Below are positions 17,721-27,639 of a stretch of 64,000 nt of DNA, one piece after another. Made by a program: the position numbers and the translations under genes. How positions within the stretch are numbered: position 1 is the first letter of the stretch; every line of letters starts with the position of its first letter. The notes beneath the pieces were generated by a model that saw nothing but the letters and a program-made list of their open reading frames with translations, ran no database searches and had not been told where the DNA came from. The DNA is from Patescibacteria group bacterium (GTDB taxonomy: Bacteria > Patescibacteriota > Dojkabacteria > GCA-002793355): the NCBI GenBank assembly GCA_016860985.1, contig BOKM01000001.1, positions 527,462 through 591,461 of the forward strand, given 5' to 3'.

Positions 17721-20408
17721 ATGAGTCTACACGCCCCATTTTTAGTAAAACAATATTTATCGAGTGACGTCGAAAGTGGAAGTTATTCCCGAATCTTTTG
17801 GTATTATCCTTTGGAAGCGGGTTCTGCACTTAAGGGCGGTATTGGTCTTTTCTTTGAGGTCGTAAGCGGTGAGTTGAATGATGATCAGGTTTACGAGCAG
17901 GTCGTAAAGCGTTTTTGGGAAAGTTTCAAGGACAACTTTTATGTTGAAGGGTTCGAGCAGGCACTAAAAAAATCGGTAAAGATGTTTATTCAGATGCTTC
18001 GAAACTTCGGGGTAGAAGAAGGGCTTGACGTCAACATCTCATTATTAAACGTTGTTGAGTCTGGTAAGGGATATATGCTTAAGCTCATTAGTTTTGGAGA
18101 TTCGGATATTTTTGTCGTAAGAGAGGGAAAATTCGCAGATATGGGGAAAATGGTTCCCAAAAATGAATCGCTATATGACCTAAAGTTTTTGGAAGTTGAG
18201 CTTGATAAGGGAGATGTATTACTTCTGGGCAACAAATCACTCCTCCGCAATGCTTTTGAGAATGACCTACTTGAAATGCAAGCAGTGGACAAACTTCTTG
18301 ATTCTTTAGAAAACTTTAAAGAGAACCTATTTGGTAGTAACAAGCTTTTTCTTGTTGCTGCTACCGATTTGCCAGCAGAAAAGATAGAAAAGGGAAGTGT
18401 TGCTCTTCAACAAACTAAAAAAGTGCTCTCTGGCGTTGGCGCAGTGTTGAAAAAAACGGGACTAAAGCTTTCCGTCGCCTTAAGTGGTTTGATGGGAGCA
18501 ATAAAAGAGAGGCAGCTAAAGCAACCCTTACAATCGGTTATCAAACCTAACGATACACCTCCTATTTGGTCAAACAAAATGAATGAAGAAGACGCTGCAG
18601 TTATTGATATTGAGCCAAATGAGGAGCCGGAAACCGAAACAGAGGTCGTCGCAGAGGTGCCTGTAGAGAACCTTGAAGATGAAGCCCCAGCCATTGTGCG
18701 CCAAGTTGTTCCCCCACCAATTGAAGAAGAGCCTGAAATAGTCTTGGATAGTTCTGATGTGAGTGACGAAAAAGCAGATGACATTCAACATATTGTTGAT
18801 CCAGTAGATGTGTTACCCGGAAAAGATGTAAGTGTTGAAGATTTTGTAGTTGCCGAAGAAATCACTCCATCAATGAAAGTAGAAAAAAGCGAATACAAAG
18901 AAATTGTTACTGATGCACTCGAGAATCTTGAGGAAGAACCGGTTGCAGCAACTCCTCGTCGATATGTAGAGTCGCCATCTCTTCCGGTAAAAGGGAAAGA
19001 TTATGTAAATGAATTGCGTGCAAGACACTCGCCTTTAGGCAAAATTAAGCGACATCCAGTTACAAAAGCGTTCTTTGCTGGTGTGTCAGCAATACTTGGT
19101 GGGCTCTGGCAAAAGTTTCTAAAAATTATTGGTAAAGAACACCTGGCAAAAGAGCAAAAACTCTTTTTAACAAGACCTTCTGCACTTGGAAATTCAGCAA
19201 AAAGAGTTCCTCCAGGGTTTTACATTATCTTCTTCTTGTTGTTAATTGGTATCTTTCTGTGGGTAAAATCCACTCTTGCTCAAAAGAAGCTGGAGAAAGA
19301 GGTGCTGGCTACTTATCAAGCTCAAGTTGCACTCTTTTCGACATTCTATGAACGTAATATCGAAATAATTGATACCGAAGATACTGAGCGTCAACTAGAA
19401 CTGTGCTCACCTGAAGCTCAGAAAGTGTACTCAAAAGAGAAAGATCTTTTAACAAAAGTGAAATCAGAAGAGTCAATTACTCTTATTAATGAATTAACGA
19501 GTCAGGTAAGATCAAAAGAAGCTGCGTGTAAAAGCAAGTATGACAAAATCTACGGAATCGTAAGAGTAAAGGATGCTGAGCTTTTGACTGATTTTAAAGT
19601 ATCGCTTGGGAATGACTCAAATATTTCTGCAATTTCCCTACGCGGAAGTTCCATCGTAGTCGCAGATAAAGGGAGAAAAGCGGTGTACCAGATTAATGTC
19701 GAAACTAAAGGCGTAACAAAGTTAGAGGATCCGCTCGGGCTTGTTGTTGAGCCAATTATTGTTGGGACTGGCGAAGGAACTTTGTTTGTATGTGATAAAG
19801 TGAATGGAGTTCTGTACTACTCTAAAAATGCAGTTGGTAACAACGAAGGGTTTAATCGGGTAGTCGGAGCAGAACCAACCTCCATTGGGGAATGCGCGTA
19901 TGTAGATGGGTATGCGCAAAATGCATATATTGTTCCCACGACTGCGAATGTTGTGTATAAAATCACTGCCAAAAAGGCAGGTGGATTTGAGGTCCCAACT
20001 CGCTATATGTCTGACTTGCAGGGGGTGAAGTCCATTAGTATCGATGGTCACATTTATGTTGTTTCGAGTGTTGGTGGGAAAGGAAGTGTAAGCCGATATC
20101 TTGGAGGAAAACTTGATACTTTCTCAATTCCACAGAGTGCGGAATTGGGGGAACTCGGCGCGTCCTATACAAATCCTTCTGGTGAACGAAACTTATACGT
20201 GTACGACAAAACTAAAAATGCAGTACTCTCGATTGAAAAGCCGAACTCAAAGCATCCGGGAAGGGGCATAGTCGAAAAAACATATTTGTTTGAAAATCAG
20301 GACAAGTTTAATGACGTGAAGTCGTTTGTAATCGATTTGAATGTTAGAAACCAAGAAGTAAATATGTATGTACTTTCTGGTACAACCATCTGGAAGGTAA
20401 AACTTTAG
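17721..20408 (+). CDS. Large membrane-anchored protein with an N-terminal PP2C-like fold signature and a C-terminal beta-rich domain.
   Basis: It has LISFGDSDIFVVREGKF and LDKGDVLLLGNKSLL (GDS...GD pattern of PP2C/SpoIIE phosphatases), an acidic linker, a central TM helix (FYIIFFLLLIGIFLWV), and is 895 aa. Confidence 0.3.
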   Translation: MSLHAPFLVKQYLSSDVESGSYSRIFWYYPLEAGSALKGGIGLFFEVVSGELNDDQVYEQVVKRFWESFKDNFYVEGFEQALKKSVKMFIQMLRNFGVEEGLDVNISLLNVVESGKGYMLKLISFGDSDIFVVREGKFADMGKMVPKNESLYDLKFLEVELDKGDVLLLGNKSLLRNAFENDLLEMQAVDKLLDSLENFKENLFGSNKLFLVAATDLPAEKIEKGSVALQQTKKVLSGVGAVLKKTGLKLSVALSGLMGAIKERQLKQPLQSVIKPNDTPPIWSNKMNEEDAAVIDIEPNEEPETETEVVAEVPVENLEDEAPAIVRQVVPPPIEEEPEIVLDSSDVSDEKADDIQHIVDPVDVLPGKDVSVEDFVVAEEITPSMKVEKSEYKEIVTDALENLEEEPVAATPRRYVESPSLPVKGKDYVNELRARHSPLGKIKRHPVTKAFFAGVSAILGGLWQKFLKIIGKEHLAKEQKLFLTRPSALGNSAKRVPPGFYIIFFLLLIGIFLWVKSTLAQKKLEKEVLATYQAQVALFSTFYERNIEIIDTEDTERQLELCSPEAQKVYSKEKDLLTKVKSEESITLINELTSQVRSKEAACKSKYDKIYGIVRVKDAELLTDFKVSLGNDSNISAISLRGSSIVVADKGRKAVYQINVETKGVTKLEDPLGLVVEPIIVGTGEGTLFVCDKVNGVLYYSKNAVGNNEGFNRVVGAEPTSIGECAYVDGYAQNAYIVPTTANVVYKITAKKAGGFEVPTRYMSDLQGVKSISIDGHIYVVSSVGGKGSVSRYLGGKLDTFSIPQSAELGELGASYTNPSGERNLYVYDKTKNAVLSIEKPNSKHPGRGIVEKTYLFENQDKFNDVKSFVIDLNVRNQEVNMYVLSGTTIWKVKL

Positions 20409-20450
20409 AGCCCCCCCGGTCAGTTATTTTGCGGTATAATTGCATAATCT

Positions 20451-20912
20451 ATGAAAATCGTTTCAAAAAACAAAAAAGCGACCTTCGACAACGAGATAAT
20501 CGAGCGGTATGTAACGGGAATTATACTTAGTGGTGCGGAAGTAAAGTCAATAAAGCAAGGGCAAGCTAAACTGGACGGCGCATACGTCTTTGTAAATCCA
20601 CATGGTGCAATTTTGCGTAACGCAATTGTTCCCGTTTGGGCACATGCGAATACAACAACGAAAAATGGATATGTACCTGATCGAGATAGGCGCCTTTTAC
20701 TTACAAAAAAACAATTACTTGAACTCTCAACGAAAAGAAAGGAACTGAAAGCGCAAGTCGTTCCTGTGGTTTTGGGTGTTGAGAACAATCTTGTTAAGTT
20801 AGAAATCGCACTTGCACGTTCATTAAAGAAATTCGATAAAAAGAACCGCCGAAAAGAGCGTGAAGAAAAGTTAAAGATACAAAGGCTTGCGAAAACAGTT
20901 GAGGTTAGGTAG
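20451..20912 (+). CDS. smpB: SsrA-binding protein.
   Basis: It is 153 aa with the characteristic N-terminus IVSKNKKATFDNEIIERYVTGIILSGAEVKSIK and a basic C-terminal tail. Confidence 0.85.
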   Translation: MKIVSKNKKATFDNEIIERYVTGIILSGAEVKSIKQGQAKLDGAYVFVNPHGAILRNAIVPVWAHANTTTKNGYVPDRDRRLLLTKKQLLELSTKRKELKAQVVPVVLGVENNLVKLEIALARSLKKFDKKNRRKEREEKLKIQRLAKTVEVR

Positions 20913-20978
20913 TTTGCTCCAATTTATTCAAAGGTTTGTAGACTACGCTGTAATGTAAAATCTCTGCTACAATGACAA

Positions 20979-21497
20979 ATGAATCAGCCGGGCGTTACAA
21001 TTCCTGAACAACAAGAAAATGCTCTGTCCGCAGTTAATGAAATTCCTTCGTATCCTATTGAGCCAGAGGCGTATGTACCAGAAGCTCCTTACGTACCTCA
21101 AATGATCGAGCGTCCGGTAACTCCTGTTGTAGAACAGCAAAGAACCCCCTCTTCGCAAGAGCTTTACAATGTTCCAGAGCATCAACACATTCCAGAAAGT
21201 AAGATGCCAGAATTGCAAACGCAATTACGACCAGAAACAACGCGTTCGGGTGAAAAGATTTTTGTTAATCCTGAATTAGGGCAATCTACCTTTAAGGGTG
21301 GGGTGAGCTCTTCACAGTTAGTAAGTAGGGTTGCGGGGTATTACACGGTGCAACAAGGGCTTATATCTGATCCAAAATCCGGACTACTCCAGCAAACTGC
21401 CACAACTGGAGATCCTGCGAGTGCCTCTACCTGGCAGGCAACAATTTTGTACAAGATTCTGCAAGCTTTTTGGAATATATTAGGGATAAATTCCTAA
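20979..21497 (+). CDS. Hypothetical Pro/Glu/Gln-rich low-complexity protein.
   Basis: It is 172 aa, compositionally biased, and lies directly upstream of the T4SS-like ATPase. Confidence 0.25.
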   Translation: MNQPGVTIPEQQENALSAVNEIPSYPIEPEAYVPEAPYVPQMIERPVTPVVEQQRTPSSQELYNVPEHQHIPESKMPELQTQLRPETTRSGEKIFVNPELGQSTFKGGVSSSQLVSRVAGYYTVQQGLISDPKSGLLQQTATTGDPASASTWQATILYKILQAFWNILGINS

Positions 21498-21535
21498 TTA
21501 CCAAAAGTCATTAATTCTCTGTTATACTAACGAAT

Positions 21536-24001
21536 ATGAGACTGTCTTACTTATCTCAATTTTCGTTTTCCACCACACCGACGGCGTATTATACAGGTGA
21601 TTTGCAGGTCTCTTCTGAGCAAACTATCTTACTTGTTTTGCTTGGAGTAATACTTCTTGGAGTTGTACTCGTCGTGCTTGTTTTTTTGTATTATGCAAAA
21701 ATTATTCGGCACCAAGATCGCGAGCAGAAGGCTCTTTCGTATTCAATGTATATTGTGCGTTGCCCCTATGACAATGAAGTTCCAATAAAAGCAGCTGAGC
21801 AAATGTTCTCAAGTATCTACGGGCTTTACAAAAAAAAGAAATTTTTCCAAAAATTGATGAATTCAGACGAAGGAATTAGTTTCGAAATTATTGCATATCC
21901 AGAACATATTGGCTTTTATGTGTATACGCCAAAACGTTTTGGAACCCTAATCGAAAAGATGGTACTTGGAACGTATCAAAATGCAGAAGTAGTAGAAGTT
22001 CCCGAGCCAAACTTCTTTAAAGAAGGAAGTAGTGTTGTTGCGGGTACTTTTGAGTTGGCTGAAATAAACTATCAGCCGCTAAAAACCTATGCGGATTATG
22101 AAGACAAATCGGATCCATTAACCTCGGTTGCGGGAGCTTTTGCTAATATGGTAGACGGAGAAGGTGGTGCCTTGCAGTTACTTATTGTGCCAGCAGACAT
22201 GAAATGGTCAAAAGGTGGACAAAAATATGTGCAAAAGATTAATGAGAATAATATGGCCGCTCCAGACAAAGAGGGCAAAAGCAAGCCAAAAACATTTGTT
22301 GCACAAGAAAAACTCAATGCGATTACAAAAAAATCCTCAAAGGTTGGTTTTAATACGTACGTGCGAATGGTTATGTCTGGTCCCTCTGAGGAGTATGCAA
22401 TGTCACGTCTGAATACCCTCGCCAGCTCTTTTGCACAGTTCACAAACCCAGGGCTGAATGCATTAAAGTTTAAGCGAGTTGAGGGTGGAAAATTACGGTC
22501 ATTTATGACCGATTTCGTATACAGAAAAGTTTCAGACAAGGGGGCCATTGTATTGAATGCGGAAGAATTAGCAACGATTTATCATTTTCCTAATAAAAAT
22601 GTAAAAACTCCAAACATTGAATGGTTGTACGCTAAAAAGGCACCACCTCCACCTAATCTTCCTAACGCTGGAACGTGGATTGGTGGTTCCGTATATCAAG
22701 GCATTCGTAGGGAAGTGTTTGTAAGTAACGACGACCGTCGTCGACACATGTACATTGTGGGGCAAACAGGTACCGGAAAGTCGTATGCATTAACGGACCT
22801 CGCGATGCAGGATATTTACGCAGGCAATGGTATCGCCTTTCTTGACCCACACGGCTCGGCAATTGCAGAAATTATGAGAAGAATTCCACCTGAACGCGCA
22901 GAAGATGTTATTTATTTCAACGCTGCAGATACAGAACGCCCTCTCGGCATGAATTATCTTGAGCATCGAAATATTTTTGAACGACATGAAATAGTTAACG
23001 GATTTCTTGGACTTATGCATAAGATGTACGATCCGCACGATCAAGGTATTGTAGGCCCACGATTTGAACGAGCTGTAAGAAACGCGATGTTGACTGTCAT
23101 GACCGAACCAAACAGTACGTTTATTGAAGTATTGCGCGCTATAACTGACGAAAAATTCGCGCTTTCTTTTATGGATAAGGTAGATGACGATGAAGTCCGC
23201 AATTATTGGCTTGTCGAAATGGCAAATACAGAGCAACGTGAAAAATCCGAAATTTTGGGGTGGTTAACCTCCAAGTTTGACCGGTTTACCACAAACCTGT
23301 TAATTCGACACATTATTGGACAAAGCAAATCATCCTTCGATTTTAGAGATGTAATGGATAACCGAAAGATTCTTTTAATTAACCTTTCTAAAGGCTTGAT
23401 TGGGGAGCAAAATGCACAATTCTTAGGGCTTTTAATTATTCCAAAAATTCTCAGAGCCGCCTTAAGTAGAGAAGACATGCCAGAGGCAGAGCGAAAAGAT
23501 TTCTATCTTTATGTTGACGAGTTTCAGAATTTTGCAACTGAAGATTTTGCTCAGATTCTTTCAGAAGCTCGTAAGTATCGTTTAGATTTAATAGTCGCAA
23601 ACCAATACATCAACCAGATGACCGAACAAGTGAGAAATGCAGTCTTTGGTAATGTCGGTACTTTAATGTCTTTTCGTGTTGGTGCAACAGATGCTGAGTA
23701 TCTTTCAAAAGAATTTGCCCCTGTTTTTCAGCAACAAGATTTGATTAGGCTTGAAAATGCGAATGTTTATATCAAAACACTCGTAAATGGTGTCGCTACT
23801 TCTCCGTTTTCAATGAGCACTTTTTATAATATGGATCAGCGATACCCAAGGCAAGACAAAACGAGCGAGTTAATCAAACAGCTTTCCCGAGTTCGGTATG
23901 GTCGAGATGTCAACTATATTCGTGAAGAGATTCGAATGAGAACTAGCCGCCCTGGTGTTGAACCAGCAAAACCAAAGAGTGGATTTGGCGGATTCTTTTA
24001 G
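21536..24001 (+). CDS. Type IV secretion-like P-loop ATPase (VirB4/TraC or VirD4/TraG family, FtsK/HerA superfamily).
   Basis: It has an N-terminal TM helix, a Walker A (MYIVGQTGTGKSYALTDLA) and a Walker B (FYLYVDEFQNFA), and is 821 aa. Confidence 0.55.
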   Translation: MRLSYLSQFSFSTTPTAYYTGDLQVSSEQTILLVLLGVILLGVVLVVLVFLYYAKIIRHQDREQKALSYSMYIVRCPYDNEVPIKAAEQMFSSIYGLYKKKKFFQKLMNSDEGISFEIIAYPEHIGFYVYTPKRFGTLIEKMVLGTYQNAEVVEVPEPNFFKEGSSVVAGTFELAEINYQPLKTYADYEDKSDPLTSVAGAFANMVDGEGGALQLLIVPADMKWSKGGQKYVQKINENNMAAPDKEGKSKPKTFVAQEKLNAITKKSSKVGFNTYVRMVMSGPSEEYAMSRLNTLASSFAQFTNPGLNALKFKRVEGGKLRSFMTDFVYRKVSDKGAIVLNAEELATIYHFPNKNVKTPNIEWLYAKKAPPPPNLPNAGTWIGGSVYQGIRREVFVSNDDRRRHMYIVGQTGTGKSYALTDLAMQDIYAGNGIAFLDPHGSAIAEIMRRIPPERAEDVIYFNAADTERPLGMNYLEHRNIFERHEIVNGFLGLMHKMYDPHDQGIVGPRFERAVRNAMLTVMTEPNSTFIEVLRAITDEKFALSFMDKVDDDEVRNYWLVEMANTEQREKSEILGWLTSKFDRFTTNLLIRHIIGQSKSSFDFRDVMDNRKILLINLSKGLIGEQNAQFLGLLIIPKILRAALSREDMPEAERKDFYLYVDEFQNFATEDFAQILSEARKYRLDLIVANQYINQMTEQVRNAVFGNVGTLMSFRVGATDAEYLSKEFAPVFQQQDLIRLENANVYIKTLVNGVATSPFSMSTFYNMDQRYPRQDKTSELIKQLSRVRYGRDVNYIREEIRMRTSRPGVEPAKPKSGFGGFF

Positions 24002-24105
24002 GAGTTCAAAAGTTAATACGTTGTGATAAAGTAGTTGCCTTTTTATAGTTGATTACGTGGGGGTGAATTGATACACTGAATGTACAATAATATGCTTCAA
24101 TTAGT

Positions 24106-27100
24106 ATGAATTTTTTTAAACTGCCTGTGTCAAAACGTTTACTCTTCTTTTCTTTTGTTCTTTCCTCCTTGCTGTTGGTTTTGCCTTCAGTAAAGCGGGT
24201 TTCTGCATCGGTTTCTTTTTTTCAATCGGCGTGGTCTGTTGGCTCAAACGGAACAACAACGTCACAGGTTAAGTTCCCTCTAGGTATTGCTGTAGATGGG
24301 AGTGGAAATGTATTTATTGCAGACACAAACAATCACCGAGTGAAAAAACTCGCAAATGCGAATGGGGCATATATTGCACACCTTGGAGGAACATCTTCAG
24401 GAACGGGATCCTCTCAGTTTAAAAATCCTGCAGGTATTGCGGTAGACGCGAGTGGTAACGTATATGTCGCCGATACGGGAAATCACAGAGTGCAAAAACT
24501 CACTAACGCGCTGGTATACTCCTCTACAATTGGAACCACACCGTTAACATCGGGTACAGGAAATGGACAGTTTTCTTCTCCAGCTGGTATTGCAGTAGAT
24601 TCTAGCGGAAATATCTATGTATCTGATACAGGAAACAACCGTATTCAGATATTTAATAGTAGCGGAACATATGTTTCTCAGTTTGGATCAAGTGGCACAG
24701 GTAATGGTCAATTTAGTGGGCCACGTGGAATTGCCGTAGATTCTAGCGGAAATATTTATGTTGCAGATACTGGAAACCACCGTATTCAAAAGTTCGATAG
24801 CAACGGGACGTTTGTAGCAAAATACGGAACAGGCACAAACGCGCTTACGTTTGGGGGAAGCGTAACCGCAGCAGCTTTTGGAACCTTCAGTTCGCCATAT
24901 GATATTGCTGTTGGAAATGACGGCACAATGTATATTGCAAATTATGCCCCGGCTGTTTCTACGCAAGGAAGTATTCAGCGAGTTGCAAGCGATGGTACCT
25001 TTATGATGCCGATTACAGGGCTTACAAACCCCGGAGGCGTAGAAGTCGATTCAAGTGGGAATGTCTACACAAATATCTCATGGTTGTATCAAACTGCGAA
25101 ATATACGCCAACTACGACCACTTACCAAATTTCGAATCTTCCTGTGAATTTAGATGTGATTGATACTGGGTTTGGTCCAAATGTTGAGGCCGGTAATGGT
25201 AGCGGACTTAACTCTGCAACAGCACCGCTTCGATTAAAAACTTCTGCAGGTCTTGCTCTTAGTGATGTGGTAACGAATCTTACTGCAGATAGAGATTGGA
25301 GCGGAGTAAGTGGAGATAGCGATAGGGCAAGTGGAAAGTCTGTGGTAAGTGGAGTTGTTAGTGCTGCAGGTGCTTCTGCAACTCATACACTCTATGTCCC
25401 AATTCCTGAATTTAAGACAAGCTTGTCTGTATATATTTGTCCCGATGCAACAGTAATGGGCGATGTTTCTACTTCTTGTACTAATGGAGTAAAGCGTGGG
25501 GTTGGAAGCTATACAGAATCCTTTGGAAATATTGTTGTTAGCCAAGTAAAAGATCTTGGAGACAATGTTACGTATTGGAAAATTACCGGCATGACGGGGT
25601 CCGGTGGGGTCGCAGATGACATTGTGACCTTTAGTGGAAATGGTTCAGGAACTGTTGAGGATCCATATGAAATTACAACCTGTGCGCAATTTCAGTCAAT
25701 GAAAGATTTGCGTAACATGCATTTCGAAATAATGAATTCGATTGATTGTTCAGAGACCACAACGTGGAATGCCGGAAAAGGGTTTATTCCAGTTGGCGCA
25801 ACAGCGATTGAACCGTTTACTGGTTCTTTAGTTGGGAACGCTGCTTACACAGTATCAGGAATCTATATGCAGATAACTAACCTTACGGCTGTTAATGGTT
25901 TTGGCGTTTTCGGATATACCCAAAATGCAACTTTTTCGCAGATTCATATTACAAATATTTTGATAGAGAAAGGAGGGTATGATTCAGATTCGGTTGGTGG
26001 ACTTATTGGAGCAATGTCTGGCGGTTCAATTACTCAAAGCTCAGTAACTGGAGCTATTACGCAAACCTCTGGAGATCAAGATATTGATGGCGCATGGGTG
26101 GATAGATATGGCGGAATGATAGGTCTTGCGAGTGGTGATGCCCAAATTACATTTGTTACTGCGGATGTGGATATCACTTTATTAAGTGGAAACGAAGGTA
26201 TTGGTGGGCTCGTTGGTGAAACGCGAGACACTGTTGTTATCGAAGACTCAAGTGCTGCAGGTACGATTCATGTTAGCTATAACGCGTATCAGGTCGGTGG
26301 CTTTATTGGTTGGCAACTTGGGAATACACAAATAGCAAGGTGTTTTTCAACTGGTGAGGTTAGAGCCGGTATCGGATCACCTCTTAATACTGGCGACAAT
26401 TATGACATTGGTGGTTTTGTAGGAGGACTCGGAGGAGCTCCTGCACTTCCTATTGTGTCGGCAAGTATTACTGATAGTTATTCCACCGGACATGTGATTG
26501 TTGATGGAAATGATAACTACGACGTGGGTGGATTTGTTGGAACACTATATGACGGAGGAACCATTACAAATGCCTACACTACCGGTAATGTTACGGTAAC
26601 GAATGATTCCAATAATGCTGTTGGTGGATTTGTGGGATTGACACGACAGAGGTTTACGAACTCAACCCCAACCATTTCAAACTCATATGCAACAGGTGTT
26701 ATAACGACATCTTTTGATGCATATGATATTGGTGGCTTTGTTGGTGAACATCGCAATGGAATTATTACAACGTCTCACAGTACTGGTAACATCAATATAT
26801 CCACCGCAGGGTATGAAACTGAATACTCGTATGGGATCGGAGGTTTTGCAGGAGTAATGGGGGCAGCCACGGTGTCGAGAAGTTATTCTACCGGAAACAT
26901 TGTTACAGTAGGATATTCCTCTAGTGTTGGTGGCTTTGTTGGTACAATGGCAACATATACCGTTGGGGTTCAGTCGCTTATTGAACAATCGTACAGTACA
27001 GGAAACGTAACAGGTTATGAATCTCTTGGTGGTTTTGTGGGCTATATGAACCATGGAACTAACGGCGGAGGAGAAATTATTCGCAATTCCTACAGTTTTG

Positions 27101-27639
27101 GTAATGTAACAAGTTACACTGACTATGCAGATACAGATGCAGGTGGATTTGCAGGTTATACGAAACAAGTAACGATTCAAAACTCATATAGTTTGGGATC
27201 GGTAACTATGGCGCTTCCCTCAATAAACGCGGGTGGTTTTCTTGGAAGTTATCTTTCGAGCACTGTGACCAACTGTTATTGGAATACCGAAACAAGTGGC
27301 CTTGCTACTTCAGCACTTGGAACGGGGTTAACGACTGCACAATTAAAGAATAAATTGTTGCTGGGCTGGGATTTTATTGGGGTATGGAGTAGCGACCCTA
27401 GCTACAACAATGGATATCCAGCCTTCGTATTCGCACATGCCAACCCTGTAGGAGCAAGTTCTAGTGCGGCACCAACGGTAGTAACTTTCTCAACCGATAT
27501 TGCCACAAATAATGGTTTTGATTATCCACAAGGAATGGCAGTTGACAGTAATAGCAACCTCTATATTGCTGATACATATCAGAACCTAATAAAGAAGTTT
27601 GATGCAAGTGGAAATCTCGTCACGACGTGGGCACGTTAG
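24106..27639 (+). CDS. Giant NHL-repeat surface protein, 5' segment. It has a signal peptide, NHL beta-propeller repeats and a long run of GGFVG-type repeats, and appears continuous with 27627..29612 through a frameshift.
   Basis: It contains repeated ...GIAVDSSGNIYVADTGNHRIQKF... units and an N-terminal signal peptide (MNFFKLPVSKRLLFFSFVLSSLLLVLPSV). It ends at TAG 27637..27639, in the middle of an NHL repeat. Confidence 0.55.
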   Translation: MNFFKLPVSKRLLFFSFVLSSLLLVLPSVKRVSASVSFFQSAWSVGSNGTTTSQVKFPLGIAVDGSGNVFIADTNNHRVKKLANANGAYIAHLGGTSSGTGSSQFKNPAGIAVDASGNVYVADTGNHRVQKLTNALVYSSTIGTTPLTSGTGNGQFSSPAGIAVDSSGNIYVSDTGNNRIQIFNSSGTYVSQFGSSGTGNGQFSGPRGIAVDSSGNIYVADTGNHRIQKFDSNGTFVAKYGTGTNALTFGGSVTAAAFGTFSSPYDIAVGNDGTMYIANYAPAVSTQGSIQRVASDGTFMMPITGLTNPGGVEVDSSGNVYTNISWLYQTAKYTPTTTTYQISNLPVNLDVIDTGFGPNVEAGNGSGLNSATAPLRLKTSAGLALSDVVTNLTADRDWSGVSGDSDRASGKSVVSGVVSAAGASATHTLYVPIPEFKTSLSVYICPDATVMGDVSTSCTNGVKRGVGSYTESFGNIVVSQVKDLGDNVTYWKITGMTGSGGVADDIVTFSGNGSGTVEDPYEITTCAQFQSMKDLRNMHFEIMNSIDCSETTTWNAGKGFIPVGATAIEPFTGSLVGNAAYTVSGIYMQITNLTAVNGFGVFGYTQNATFSQIHITNILIEKGGYDSDSVGGLIGAMSGGSITQSSVTGAITQTSGDQDIDGAWVDRYGGMIGLASGDAQITFVTADVDITLLSGNEGIGGLVGETRDTVVIEDSSAAGTIHVSYNAYQVGGFIGWQLGNTQIARCFSTGEVRAGIGSPLNTGDNYDIGGFVGGLGGAPALPIVSASITDSYSTGHVIVDGNDNYDVGGFVGTLYDGGTITNAYTTGNVTVTNDSNNAVGGFVGLTRQRFTNSTPTISNSYATGVITTSFDAYDIGGFVGEHRNGIITTSHSTGNINISTAGYETEYSYGIGGFAGVMGAATVSRSYSTGNIVTVGYSSSVGGFVGTMATYTVGVQSLIEQSYSTGNVTGYESLGGFVGYMNHGTNGGGEIIRNSYSFGNVTSYTDYADTDAGGFAGYTKQVTIQNSYSLGSVTMALPSINAGGFLGSYLSSTVTNCYWNTETSGLATSALGTGLTTAQLKNKLLLGWDFIGVWSSDPSYNNGYPAFVFAHANPVGASSSAAPTVVTFSTDIATNNGFDYPQGMAVDSNSNLYIADTYQNLIKKFDASGNLVTTWAR

